This document shows, piece by piece, positions 9,008 through 17,420 of a stretch of DNA of 29,264 nt. The DNA lies in contig JANNXQ010000247.1 in assembly GCA_031409655.1 (NCBI GenBank), positions 1-29,264 of the forward strand. Reading direction: 5' to 3'. Position numbers and translations under genes: made by a program. The DNA comes from Chthoniobacteraceae bacterium (lineage in GTDB: Bacteria > Verrucomicrobiota > Verrucomicrobiia > Chthoniobacterales > Chthoniobacteraceae). Within the stretch, counting starts at the first letter, position 1, and the number at the start of each line of letters is the position of its first letter. The notes below the pieces were generated by a model that worked only from the letters and a program-made list of their open reading frames with translations, made no database searches and was not told where the DNA came from.

Positions 9008-9577
9008 TCAGCCGCGGAACTTCGGCGTCGTCTTCGCCTTCGGTTCCGGTGCGGCGTCGCGACTCGGGGGAGCGGCGCGGAACTCCGGCCGCAATTTCGG
9101 CGGAGCTTCGTCTGGCATCGGCAGTGGTACGTCGTTCACATTGAAAAGCGGATCGTTCGGATTGCCCAAAAACTCTGGGACCTCCCGGCGCGAGCGGGAC
9201 GAAGAGCCGCCGCGGGATGTGCCAATCGGTAGCGCGGAACTGCGGGTCGAGGCGATCCGTGGGGTGGGGGGTGCGGGTGCGGGCTCAATGTCCTCGGTCG
9301 CGATGTAGCCGGCCACGCCATTCTCCGTGAGCACGCGACTGAATCCCCAGTCGCGGTTCAACATCGTCACGCGCTCGCCTTTCTTAAGCATGAAGTCAGG
9401 GCCGAAGCTCTGCGCGGGGCCATACTTGAAAAACTCCGCGGTGTGCGAACTCACGACGAAGAAGCCGGTCTTCGGCAAAGCACTCGCGTTTTTCGAGGCG
9501 CAGCCCGCCGACGCCAGCACAAAGGCCAGCGCAGCAGGCAGGAGGTGACGGCTCGTGAACAGGGAAGACACGGCCAT
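9008..9577 (-). CDS. SH3-domain lipoprotein with a Pro-rich tail
   Basis: Lipobox-like LASAG|C; LKKGERVTMLNRDWGFSRVLTENGVAGYIATEDI resembles a bacterial SH3 domain. Confidence 0.7.
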   Translation of the reverse strand: MAVSSLFTSRHLLPAALAFVLASAGCASKNASALPKTGFFVVSSHTAEFFKYGPAQSFGPDFMLKKGERVTMLNRDWGFSRVLTENGVAGYIATEDIEPAPAPPTPRIASTRSSALPIGTSRGGSSSRSRREVPEFLGNPNDPLFNVNDVPLPMPDEAPPKLRPEFRAAPPSRDAAPEPKAKTTPKFRG

Positions 9578-9597
9578 TTATCTTCCTCCGGTAATGG

Positions 9598-10968
9598 TCA
9601 ACTCACAAACTCCCGGGGATCTGTGATCCTCCCGGTGAGGGCGCTCGCGGCCACGGTGTACGGACTCGCGAGGTACACTTGCGACTCTTTGTTGCCCATG
9701 CGGCCGGGGAAGTTTCGGTTCGTGGCGCTGATGCATTTCATCGGCGTATTCAGCCGGCCAAAGGTATCCACCGGTCCACCGAGGCACGCTGCGCACGACG
9801 CGTTTTCCGTCATCCGCACTCCGGCGCTTTCGAGAATGCTCCAGACGCTTTTTCCCGCCCACATGGTGTCCTTGAGTTCCTGCACGACCTTGGTGGTCGC
9901 GGGCACGCCGAAGGTGTCGATCTTCACCGTCTTGCCATTCACGACATGGGCAAAAGCGAGGAAGTCGCTCGTCTTACCGCCAGTGCAGGAGCCGATGTAA
10001 GCGCGGTCCAGGGAGACGTCGCCCATCTCCTTGGCGAGCTTGCGCTGGCCCGGATCGGGATGGCACGCCACGGTCGGTTCGAGCTTCGAGAGGTCGAACG
10101 TCTTGTCGTAGATGAAGGTCTGGTCGCGGTCCACTTCCGCTGGTTCAAATGCAGACTTCGTGCCGTTCTCGGCCACGCGTTCGCGCACATAGGTGCCGGT
10201 CTTTTCGTCGTAGGGGAAGATACCGTTCTTGCCGCCGGCCTCGATCGCCATATTCGCGATGGTCATGCGGTCGTCCATCGTCATCGCGTGGACGCCAGGG
10301 CCCTCCCACTGCATCGCGCGATAGGTGGCGCCGTCGAAACCGATATCGCCGATCACGTGCAGGATCACGTCCTTCGCCATCACCCCGGGGAGCATTTCGC
10401 CCTCGAGGAAAAAGCGCATCGTTTCCGGCACCTTGATCAGCAGCTTGCCGGTGCCGAGGATGAACCCCGCGTCGGTATTGCCGATGCCCGTCGCGAATTC
10501 ATTGAACGCACCCGCCATGCAGGTGTGCGAGTCCGTGCCGAAGAGCACTTCGCCCGGCCGGGTGTGACCCTTCCACGGCAGCGTCGTGTGACACACGCCG
10601 GTGTAGTTTTTCCCGTACTGCTTCTTGAGTTGCCCACGGTCGGCGTCGAATTTCCAGTGCCCGTTCTCATCGTCGATCACATCGTAAAAATACGGCAGTC
10701 CCTGCTCGCGTGCGAAGTCGCGGAGGATGTCCACGTTGCGGTTCGACAGCGAGTCCGCGGTGAAAATGTAGTGGTCGGGGATGATGACCAGTTTCTTCGG
10801 GTCCCAGACCTTCGCGTCCTGGCCAAATTCGCGCTTGAAGACGCCGATCGTGCCCGGGCCGCAAACGTCGTGCGTCATCAGGATATCGGTATTCACCCAC
10901 ACATTGTCCCCCGCAGCGACACGGGCTTTGCCACTGGCGCGAGCGAGGATCTTTTCGGTCAAAGTCAT
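9598..10968 (-). CDS. leuC: 3-isopropylmalate dehydratase large subunit (aconitase family, plant/archaeal-type clade)
   Basis: MTLTEKIL, PDH, GTDSHTC, [4Fe-4S] ligands in IGSCTGG and SCAACLG, TNRNFPGRMG and YLASP. Confidence 0.92.
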   Translation of the reverse strand: MTLTEKILARASGKARVAAGDNVWVNTDILMTHDVCGPGTIGVFKREFGQDAKVWDPKKLVIIPDHYIFTADSLSNRNVDILRDFAREQGLPYFYDVIDDENGHWKFDADRGQLKKQYGKNYTGVCHTTLPWKGHTRPGEVLFGTDSHTCMAGAFNEFATGIGNTDAGFILGTGKLLIKVPETMRFFLEGEMLPGVMAKDVILHVIGDIGFDGATYRAMQWEGPGVHAMTMDDRMTIANMAIEAGGKNGIFPYDEKTGTYVRERVAENGTKSAFEPAEVDRDQTFIYDKTFDLSKLEPTVACHPDPGQRKLAKEMGDVSLDRAYIGSCTGGKTSDFLAFAHVVNGKTVKIDTFGVPATTKVVQELKDTMWAGKSVWSILESAGVRMTENASCAACLGGPVDTFGRLNTPMKCISATNRNFPGRMGNKESQVYLASPYTVAASALTGRITDPREFVS

Positions 10969-10977
10969 AGGGCGGGG

Positions 10978-11006
10978 ACTATCGGTCGCGGCTGCGAGGG
11001 AGGCAA
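10978..11006 (-). promoter_or_regulatory. Putative sigma70-like promoter of leuC (TTGCCT-N17-GATAGT, 9 nt before ATG)
   Basis: On the + strand, AGGCAA at 11001-11006 and ACTATC at 10978-10983, with a 17-nt spacer. Confidence 0.4.
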
Positions 11007-11067
11007 ACGGAATGTCGGCCGGCGGCTCGGCGCGGGTGTGATTAAAGGCGGTGCAGCGAGGTCTGTA

Positions 11068-11097
11068 GTCCCAGAGGGACAGCGGAGATCAGCCGGT
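11068..11097 (+). repeat. Partial copy of the 8168-8239 REP-like element
   Basis: GTCCCAGAGGGACAGCGGAGATCAGCCGGT aligns without gaps to GTCCCGGAGGGGCGATCGAGATTAGCCGGT (8169-8198). Confidence 0.55.
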
Positions 11098-11125
11098 CCC
11101 CCTGCCATTGCGAATGCCTTAACTC

Positions 11126-11319
11126 AGCCGGAACGATACCGCTGGAAGGGTGCGGCGTGGTTGGAAAACGCAGAGACGCAGAGACGCGGAGCACGCAGAG
11201 TTCGGGATGGAATTCGGACTGTGCGCTGTGCTGCGTTCCCGACCCTTTGCGAACCCGGCGTCTCTGCATCTCTGCGTTTTGCAAACCGCACCTCCCATTT
11301 CACCCGGATCGTTCCGGCT
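11126..11319. mobile_element. MITE-like palindromic element (194 bp)
   Basis: 12-bp perfect terminal inverted repeats AGCCGGAACGAT/ATCGTTCCGGCT. Inner arms GGTGCGG/CCGCACC, and AAAACGCAGAGACGCAGAGACGC (11165-11187) vs GCGTCTCTGCATCTCTGCGTTTT (11258-11280, one mismatch). Confidence 0.6.
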
Positions 11320-11345
11320 TAGCACCATTCGGGGCAGGGCGTGCT

Positions 11346-12521
11346 TCAGCGCTTCAGCGCATCGAGCAGCGATCCGCGGCCGGCGGCTTGCGTGCGCCAG
11401 AGCGGGCCATTGAGGTCGCAGTTGGGAAAGGGTGCGCCATCGCTCTTCGGGGTCTTCACATTGGCGAGCCGGAAGAGCGGCAGCTTTTCGGACTTCGTCC
11501 CGGATGGCTGCGCCATGAGAACCGCCCAAAAGCGCCCGCCCGGCCGCTCACCGATCACCACTTCCATGTCGGCCCAGGAGGTGCCGCTGAGGTGGACGCT
11601 TTCGCCGCGGATGTAACCCTTGCGCGGAAAGCCGGTGTATTGCGGCGGGATGACTTCTTCGGGCTGGAGCGCTGACGACGCGGCCCACGAGGCATCGAGC
11701 ACGAGCTTGCCGTTCACCTTGACGAGCAGCACGTCGTCGGCGGCGCCGATGAAGTGGTAGTTGCCTTCCTTCGGCGGCTGCACCTTGCCGCGATACACGG
11801 CCAGCCATTGCGCGGGCTTTACATTCTTTTCCACGTCGAACGCCTTCGGCGCCTCATCCGCGGACATATTGGGAATCATGAATTGCGCCGCCGACAGCGT
11901 GGCGGGTGCCTTGAAATATTTTGCCAGCTCGCTCTCGCGCATGCCGCCATCGACCCACTGGCGCACGATGCCGGTGTAGTTGTTCGCGTTCACGCCCGAC
12001 GCCTTCTTATCCTGCGTCTGCTTGAGATCGTAGAATGTGCCCGTGAGTCCGGTCCCCGCGCCGCGGAAGCCAAAGAAGCTCATCCCGCCTCCTCCTCCGC
12101 CGCCCCCGCCCATGCCACTGCCCATGCCGGCTCCGAAGCCCATGCCGGTGCCGATGCCCGCGCCACCCATCCCGGCCATCATGCCGGGGACCACGTTATT
12201 CGCGCTGGAGATGGTCGGCAGATCGGGCAGCGCGACCTTGGCGATCCCGGCGCTGACGATGCGCTTGGCCTGCGGCGGTGCGCCGCCGGTTTTCTTCTTC
12301 TGCGCCATCGAGACTTTGTGTTCCAGCGCACGCTTGCTGGGGTTCACCGACGGCGGCCCGCCTTGGAAGGTCACCTTCCGTTTCGCCTGGATGCGCTGGA
12401 CGATGAAGTAAGTCGCGCCCACGCCAAAGAGCAGATGCACGACGATGCTCACGAAGAGAAACTTGCTCGCGAGGATCTTCGCCCAAAGACCGCGACGTGG
12501 GTGGGAGCCGGAGTTACTCAT
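11346..12521 (-). CDS. TonB/TolA-type anchored protein with a C-terminal PA14-like domain
   Basis: TM helix FVSIVVHLLFG (SxxxH) and a Gly/Met linker, followed by GLTGTFYD...YRGKVQPPKEGNYHFIGAADDVLLVKVNGKLVLD (PA14 pattern). Confidence 0.7.
   Translation of the reverse strand: MSNSGSHPRRGLWAKILASKFLFVSIVVHLLFGVGATYFIVQRIQAKRKVTFQGGPPSVNPSKRALEHKVSMAQKKKTGGAPPQAKRIVSAGIAKVALPDLPTISSANNVVPGMMAGMGGAGIGTGMGFGAGMGSGMGGGGGGGGGMSFFGFRGAGTGLTGTFYDLKQTQDKKASGVNANNYTGIVRQWVDGGMRESELAKYFKAPATLSAAQFMIPNMSADEAPKAFDVEKNVKPAQWLAVYRGKVQPPKEGNYHFIGAADDVLLVKVNGKLVLDASWAASSALQPEEVIPPQYTGFPRKGYIRGESVHLSGTSWADMEVVIGERPGGRFWAVLMAQPSGTKSEKLPLFRLANVKTPKSDGAPFPNCDLNGPLWRTQAAGRGSLLDALKR
12160..12485. repeat. 326-bp direct repeat, copy 1 (constant N-terminal module)
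   Basis: Ungapped match to 13264-13589 (12 mismatches by hand count) and to 14299-14624 (about 17). Confidence 0.95.
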
Positions 12522-12530
12522 TTCCTCACG

Positions 12531-13625
12531 TTACTTCACTTCCTTGAATTCGCCGCCGTTTCGCTTGGCGAGGTCGCGCATAAATTCTCGTGCGTTATCG
12601 AGTTCCTCAGCAGCCTTGCCCTTGCCGGTGTCGCCCAATTTGTAGGCGAAGGTGTTGATCCGGGTGGCAGGGGATTTGGCGGCGATCTGGCTCGCGTCGG
12701 TCGATGGTTTTTGCAGGCCGGCGATGCGCTTGAGTAGCATCTCCAGCAAGGCATTTTGGTCGCCTTTGAAACCAGGCGGCTTGGTGGGCATGCCGTCGGA
12801 GACCCAGATGATCATGTCCGGCTTCAATTCGAACGCGCGGTCCACGGCCAGATCCATCCGCGTCCCAGCGTGGCCGGCAAAGTTGACTTTGCCGCCGCCT
12901 TCCAGCGCCGTCGCCACGCTGTAGTCCTTGATAAATTGCTCGGCGCTTTTCACGTTCTCCGGCGTGCCTGGGACCAACTTTTCCTGGAAGGTCCAGAGCT
13001 TCGGTGCATACAGGATTATGCCGAAGCGGCTGGCGGGATTGAGCAGCTTGAGGGCTTTGAAGACTTCCTTCTCCAACTCGCGGTAGGTCGCGGGACTTTT
13101 ACCCCCTCCGGCCACGTTGGACTGCGAGGAATCGAGGACGAAGAGGATGTTCTTCGCCTGCGAACGCATCCCGAAGAAGTTGATATTGGAGAGTCCACCG
13201 CCCCCGCCGCCACCCATCCCGCTCCCCATGCCAGCGCCGAAGCCCATGCCGGTGCCGGTGCCTGCGCCACCCATCCCGGCCATCATGCCGGGCACGACGT
13301 TATTCGCGCTGGAGATGGTCGGCAGATCGGGCAGCGCGACCTTGGCGATCCCGGCGCTCACGATCCGCTTGGCCTGCGGCGGTGCGCCGCCGGTTTTCTT
13401 CTTCTGCGCCATCGAGACTTTGTGTTTGAGCGCACGCTTGCTGGGGTTCACCGACGGCGGCCCGCCTTGGAAGGTGACCTTTCGTTTCGCCTGGATGCGC
13501 TGGACGATGAAGTAAGTCGCGCCCACGCCAAAGAGCAGATGCACCACGACGCTCACAAAGAGAAACTTGCTCGCAAGGATCTTCGCCCACAGCCCGCGAC
13601 GTGGTTGGGTGCTGGAGTTACTCAT
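12531..13625 (-). CDS. TonB/TolA-type anchored protein with a C-terminal vWA domain
   Basis: Same N-terminal module (SVVVH). vWA MIDAS: ILFVLDSSQS...GT...IIWVSDG, then RINTFAY and LAKRNGGEF. Confidence 0.8.
   Translation of the reverse strand: MSNSSTQPRRGLWAKILASKFLFVSVVVHLLFGVGATYFIVQRIQAKRKVTFQGGPPSVNPSKRALKHKVSMAQKKKTGGAPPQAKRIVSAGIAKVALPDLPTISSANNVVPGMMAGMGGAGTGTGMGFGAGMGSGMGGGGGGGLSNINFFGMRSQAKNILFVLDSSQSNVAGGGKSPATYRELEKEVFKALKLLNPASRFGIILYAPKLWTFQEKLVPGTPENVKSAEQFIKDYSVATALEGGGKVNFAGHAGTRMDLAVDRAFELKPDMIIWVSDGMPTKPPGFKGDQNALLEMLLKRIAGLQKPSTDASQIAAKSPATRINTFAYKLGDTGKGKAAEELDNAREFMRDLAKRNGGEFKEVK
13264..13589. repeat. 326-bp direct repeat, copy 2
   Basis: See copy 1. Confidence 0.95.
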
Positions 13626-13634
13626 CTTCCCACT

Positions 13635-14669
13635 TCACTTGATGTCTTTGAATGCACCGCCGTTATCCTTCGCGAGCTTGCTCATGAAATCGCCACCCGC
13701 GTCTGCCTCGTAGGCAATCGCGTTGATAGTGACCTTCCGTGGCATCGCTTTCTGCCACTCATCGACGTTCTTGAGGATGGCCGGCGGCCTGGCGTCGGTC
13801 GGTTCACCGTCGGAGACGAAGAAGATGAGCGCCGGCTTCAACTCAAAGGCGCGTTTGAGCGCCCCGTTGCTCCCAGTGCCCATGTGGCGCTTGCCCTTCT
13901 CGGATTGCCACACCGTCCTGTTCCCACCCTTCACGCCGTTGGGGAGTGCATTGCACGGACTGTAGCTCTTGAGCCAGTTGATCGCGCGCTGTTTGTCCGC
14001 AGATCCGGCGCTGACCATGGTTTCGCTGAAGACGTACGGCTCGCGAGAGAAGGCGATGAGGTTGAGCTTCGAAGCGGCCGAGAGGCCGTTGATCGCCTTG
14101 ATCGTTTCCTTCTCGAGCCGGTCGTAGGAGTCCCGGTCTTTTTTCCCAGAGATCATGCTGCCGGAGATATCGATCACGAAGACGGTACTCGGCGCCGCCC
14201 CGCGGAAGCCGAAGAAGGACATGCCACCACCACCGGCGCCGCCGCCACCCATGCCACTGCCCATCCCGCTGCCAAAGCCCGTGCCGGCACCGAAGCCCGC
14301 GCCACCCATCCCTGCCATCATGCCGGGCACCACGTTGTTCGCGCTGGAGATGGTCGGCAGATCGGGCAGCGCGACCTTGGCAATCCCGGCGCTGACGATG
14401 CGCTTGGCCTGCGGCGGTGCGCCGCCGGTTTTCTTCTTCTGCGCCATCGAGACTTTGTGTTCCAGCGCACGCTTGCTTGGGTTCGCCGACGGTGGCCCGC
14501 TCTGGAAAGTCACCTTCCGTTTCGCCGAGATGCGCTGGACGATGAAGTAAGTCGCGCCCACGCCAAAGAGCAGATGCACCACGATGCTCACGAAGAGAAA
14601 CTTGCTCGCAACCAGCTTCGCCCAGAAGCCACGGCGGGAGCCGGTGTCGTTCGGAGACGGCGGGTTCAT
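13635..14669 (-). CDS. TonB/TolA-type anchored protein with a C-terminal vWA domain
   Basis: Same N-terminal module (SIVVH). vWA MIDAS: VFVIDISGSM...GT...IFFVSDGEP, then INAIAY and LAKDNGGAF. 4-bp overlap with exbD. Confidence 0.82.
   Translation of the reverse strand: MNPPSPNDTGSRRGFWAKLVASKFLFVSIVVHLLFGVGATYFIVQRISAKRKVTFQSGPPSANPSKRALEHKVSMAQKKKTGGAPPQAKRIVSAGIAKVALPDLPTISSANNVVPGMMAGMGGAGFGAGTGFGSGMGSGMGGGGAGGGGMSFFGFRGAAPSTVFVIDISGSMISGKKDRDSYDRLEKETIKAINGLSAASKLNLIAFSREPYVFSETMVSAGSADKQRAINWLKSYSPCNALPNGVKGGNRTVWQSEKGKRHMGTGSNGALKRAFELKPALIFFVSDGEPTDARPPAILKNVDEWQKAMPRKVTINAIAYEADAGGDFMSKLAKDNGGAFKDIK
14299..14624. repeat. 326-bp direct repeat, copy 3
   Basis: See copy 1. Confidence 0.95.
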
Positions 14670-15115
14670 TCTTCGTCGCTCACGGTGAAGGTGACGTTTT
14701 CGATCTGCGCCACGGCGAGCGCGTCGAGCACATCGACGGTGCGGCTGTATTTCGCCTCGGGTTCGCTGACCACGGTCACGAGGGTGGGCGCTTTGGCGGC
14801 GTCGCTGCCTTGCTTGAGCCGGAGCAGGGTGCCGCGGAGTTGCGTCATGTCCTTGCTCGTGGGTGTGTCCATCGGCTCGTCGTTCAGCAGCACCTCGCCG
14901 TTCTCGGCGATGTTGATGATGATCTCGTCCACGAAGTCCGTCGGCCCACTCGTCTCCGCGGTACCGGGCAGTTTGGTGTTCAGCTCGCGTTCCACTTTCA
15001 CCGCGCCGGCCATCACCATGAAGAAGAGCATGATGACGAAGACCACGTCGATCATCGGCGCGATCTGGAAGCCGAGGTTGCCCTCGCCGCCGACGTTGGG
15101 ATCGAAGCGTTTCAT
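14666..15115 (-). CDS. exbD: ExbD/TolR family biopolymer transport protein
   Basis: IAPMIDVVFVIMLFFMV with the essential TM Asp; AKYSRTVDVLDAL. Confidence 0.9.
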   Translation of the reverse strand: MKRFDPNVGGEGNLGFQIAPMIDVVFVIMLFFMVMAGAVKVERELNTKLPGTAETSGPTDFVDEIIINIAENGEVLLNDEPMDTPTSKDMTQLRGTLLRLKQGSDAAKAPTLVTVVSEPEAKYSRTVDVLDALAVAQIENVTFTVSDEE

Positions 15116-15119
15116 CGGC

Positions 15120-15578
15120 TCAATTCCGGTTCGCAGCCGAGAAGGAGATGTCGGTGACGCCGGCCTCGGCGGCGGCGTTCATCGCGCGGGAGACGCTCAT
15201 GGCACTCGCTTCGCGGTCGCCGCGGATCACGCAGCGAAAAGTCGGGTTTGAGCCCTGGGTGATCTTGGTCTCGCCGAGTTTCTTCGCCGCGGCGAGCGCC
15301 TTGGTCAGCTCAGGCAGCTCGGGGTAAGCGCGATCGTCCATGGTGTAGGTCGCTTTCTTGGCGGCCGGATCCCACTTCACGTTCACGATGGCTTCGGCGC
15401 GCTGGTTGTCTTTCTTCAGCGAATTCGCCGAGACCGGCAGCTCGATGGTCTTGTCCACCTTCAGCACCTGCGCGCTGGTGATGCTCATGAAAAAGATGAG
15501 CAGCACGAGCAGCACGTCGATCATCGGCGCGATCTGAAACTCCGGTTCGCCGTCTGCGCCTCCGCCTCCGCCGGCCAT
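15120..15578 (-). CDS. exbD: ExbD/TolR family biopolymer transport protein
   Basis: IAPMIDVLLVLLIFFM; IELP; VIRGDREA...AGVTDISF. Confidence 0.9.
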   Translation of the reverse strand: MAGGGGGADGEPEFQIAPMIDVLLVLLIFFMSITSAQVLKVDKTIELPVSANSLKKDNQRAEAIVNVKWDPAAKKATYTMDDRAYPELPELTKALAAAKKLGETKITQGSNPTFRCVIRGDREASAMSVSRAMNAAAEAGVTDISFSAANRN

Positions 15579-15620
15579 ATCAGCGAGGGAAAAGTTGAGG
15601 GTTGAAGGTGCGCAGGTTCA

Positions 15621-16460
15621 TCACGCTTGAGCGGGGGTGGTTTCGCCTTCCGCGTGGTGTTCGCCGGTCCACCACTCGGGATCGGCGGCGTAGAGTTCCT
15701 CGTCGCCGATGTGCGCCCCGGCGATCTTGTCGTAAGGCATCTTGCGGAGCAGTCCGGCCATGGTGTCTTGGATGTCGTGCAGCACTTTGGCCGCGCGATT
15801 GCGCAGATAGTAAAACGCACTGAACGCCGGGATCGCGATGAACAGGCCGGAGGCCGTCGCCACGAGCACTTCCCCGATGGCCGCGGAGAGCGACGAGGGA
15901 TCGCCGATGCCCTGGCTGCCGAGCACGGCGAAGGCCTTGATCATTCCCGTGACCGTGCCGAGCAGCCCGATCATCGGCGTACAAACACCGATGACCGAGA
16001 GGTAACTAATCGAGGTTTGCATCCGCGAATTTTCCTTCGCCATCTCGGCCATGATGCCTTCCTCGACGGCGGTCTTGCCTTCGCCGAGCTGGCTCACCGC
16101 CACCCGGCAGACGTTGGTAAAGGCGGACGAGTTCTCTTTGCAGTAGTTGTAGGCATTGACGTATTTCCCCGCGCGGAAGAAGCCGCGCACCGCCTCGACG
16201 TGCTCCGGGGGGAGCAGCTTCTTGGGGCTCGTGACGCGGATGATGCCGTCGCCGATGAGATAGAGCGTGAGCACCGAGCAGAGGCCGATGGGGATCATCA
16301 CCCAGCCGCCTTCCTTGATTTGTCCCCACAATGATTTGTTGTGGACGGCGGGCGCGGCGTCGGCCGCGGGCGGTGCCTCCGCGGCGTGGAGGCAGGCACC
16401 GGTGAGCAGCGCGCTGGCGGTGAGCGCGGCGAGGAGTTTGGTGTTGGCTTTGATGTTCAT
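15621..16460 (-). CDS. exbB: MotA/TolQ/ExbB proton channel protein
   Basis: GGWVMIPI, PMIGLLGTVTGMIKAF and EVLVATASGLFIAIPA; cleavable signal-like N-terminus. Confidence 0.92.
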   Translation of the reverse strand: MNIKANTKLLAALTASALLTGACLHAAEAPPAADAAPAVHNKSLWGQIKEGGWVMIPIGLCSVLTLYLIGDGIIRVTSPKKLLPPEHVEAVRGFFRAGKYVNAYNYCKENSSAFTNVCRVAVSQLGEGKTAVEEGIMAEMAKENSRMQTSISYLSVIGVCTPMIGLLGTVTGMIKAFAVLGSQGIGDPSSLSAAIGEVLVATASGLFIAIPAFSAFYYLRNRAAKVLHDIQDTMAGLLRKMPYDKIAGAHIGDEELYAADPEWWTGEHHAEGETTPAQA

Positions 16461-16481
16461 GGGTTGGTGGAAGGGGATGAG

Positions 16482-17416
<935 letters not shown>

Positions 17417-17420
<4 letters not shown>

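Noticed and set aside
12160..14624. Repeats as a DGR template/variable pair or as a CRISPR array
   Set aside because: Mismatches are not adenine-specific, the repeats encode N-termini, there is no reverse transcriptase or cas gene in the window, and there is no repeat-spacer periodicity.
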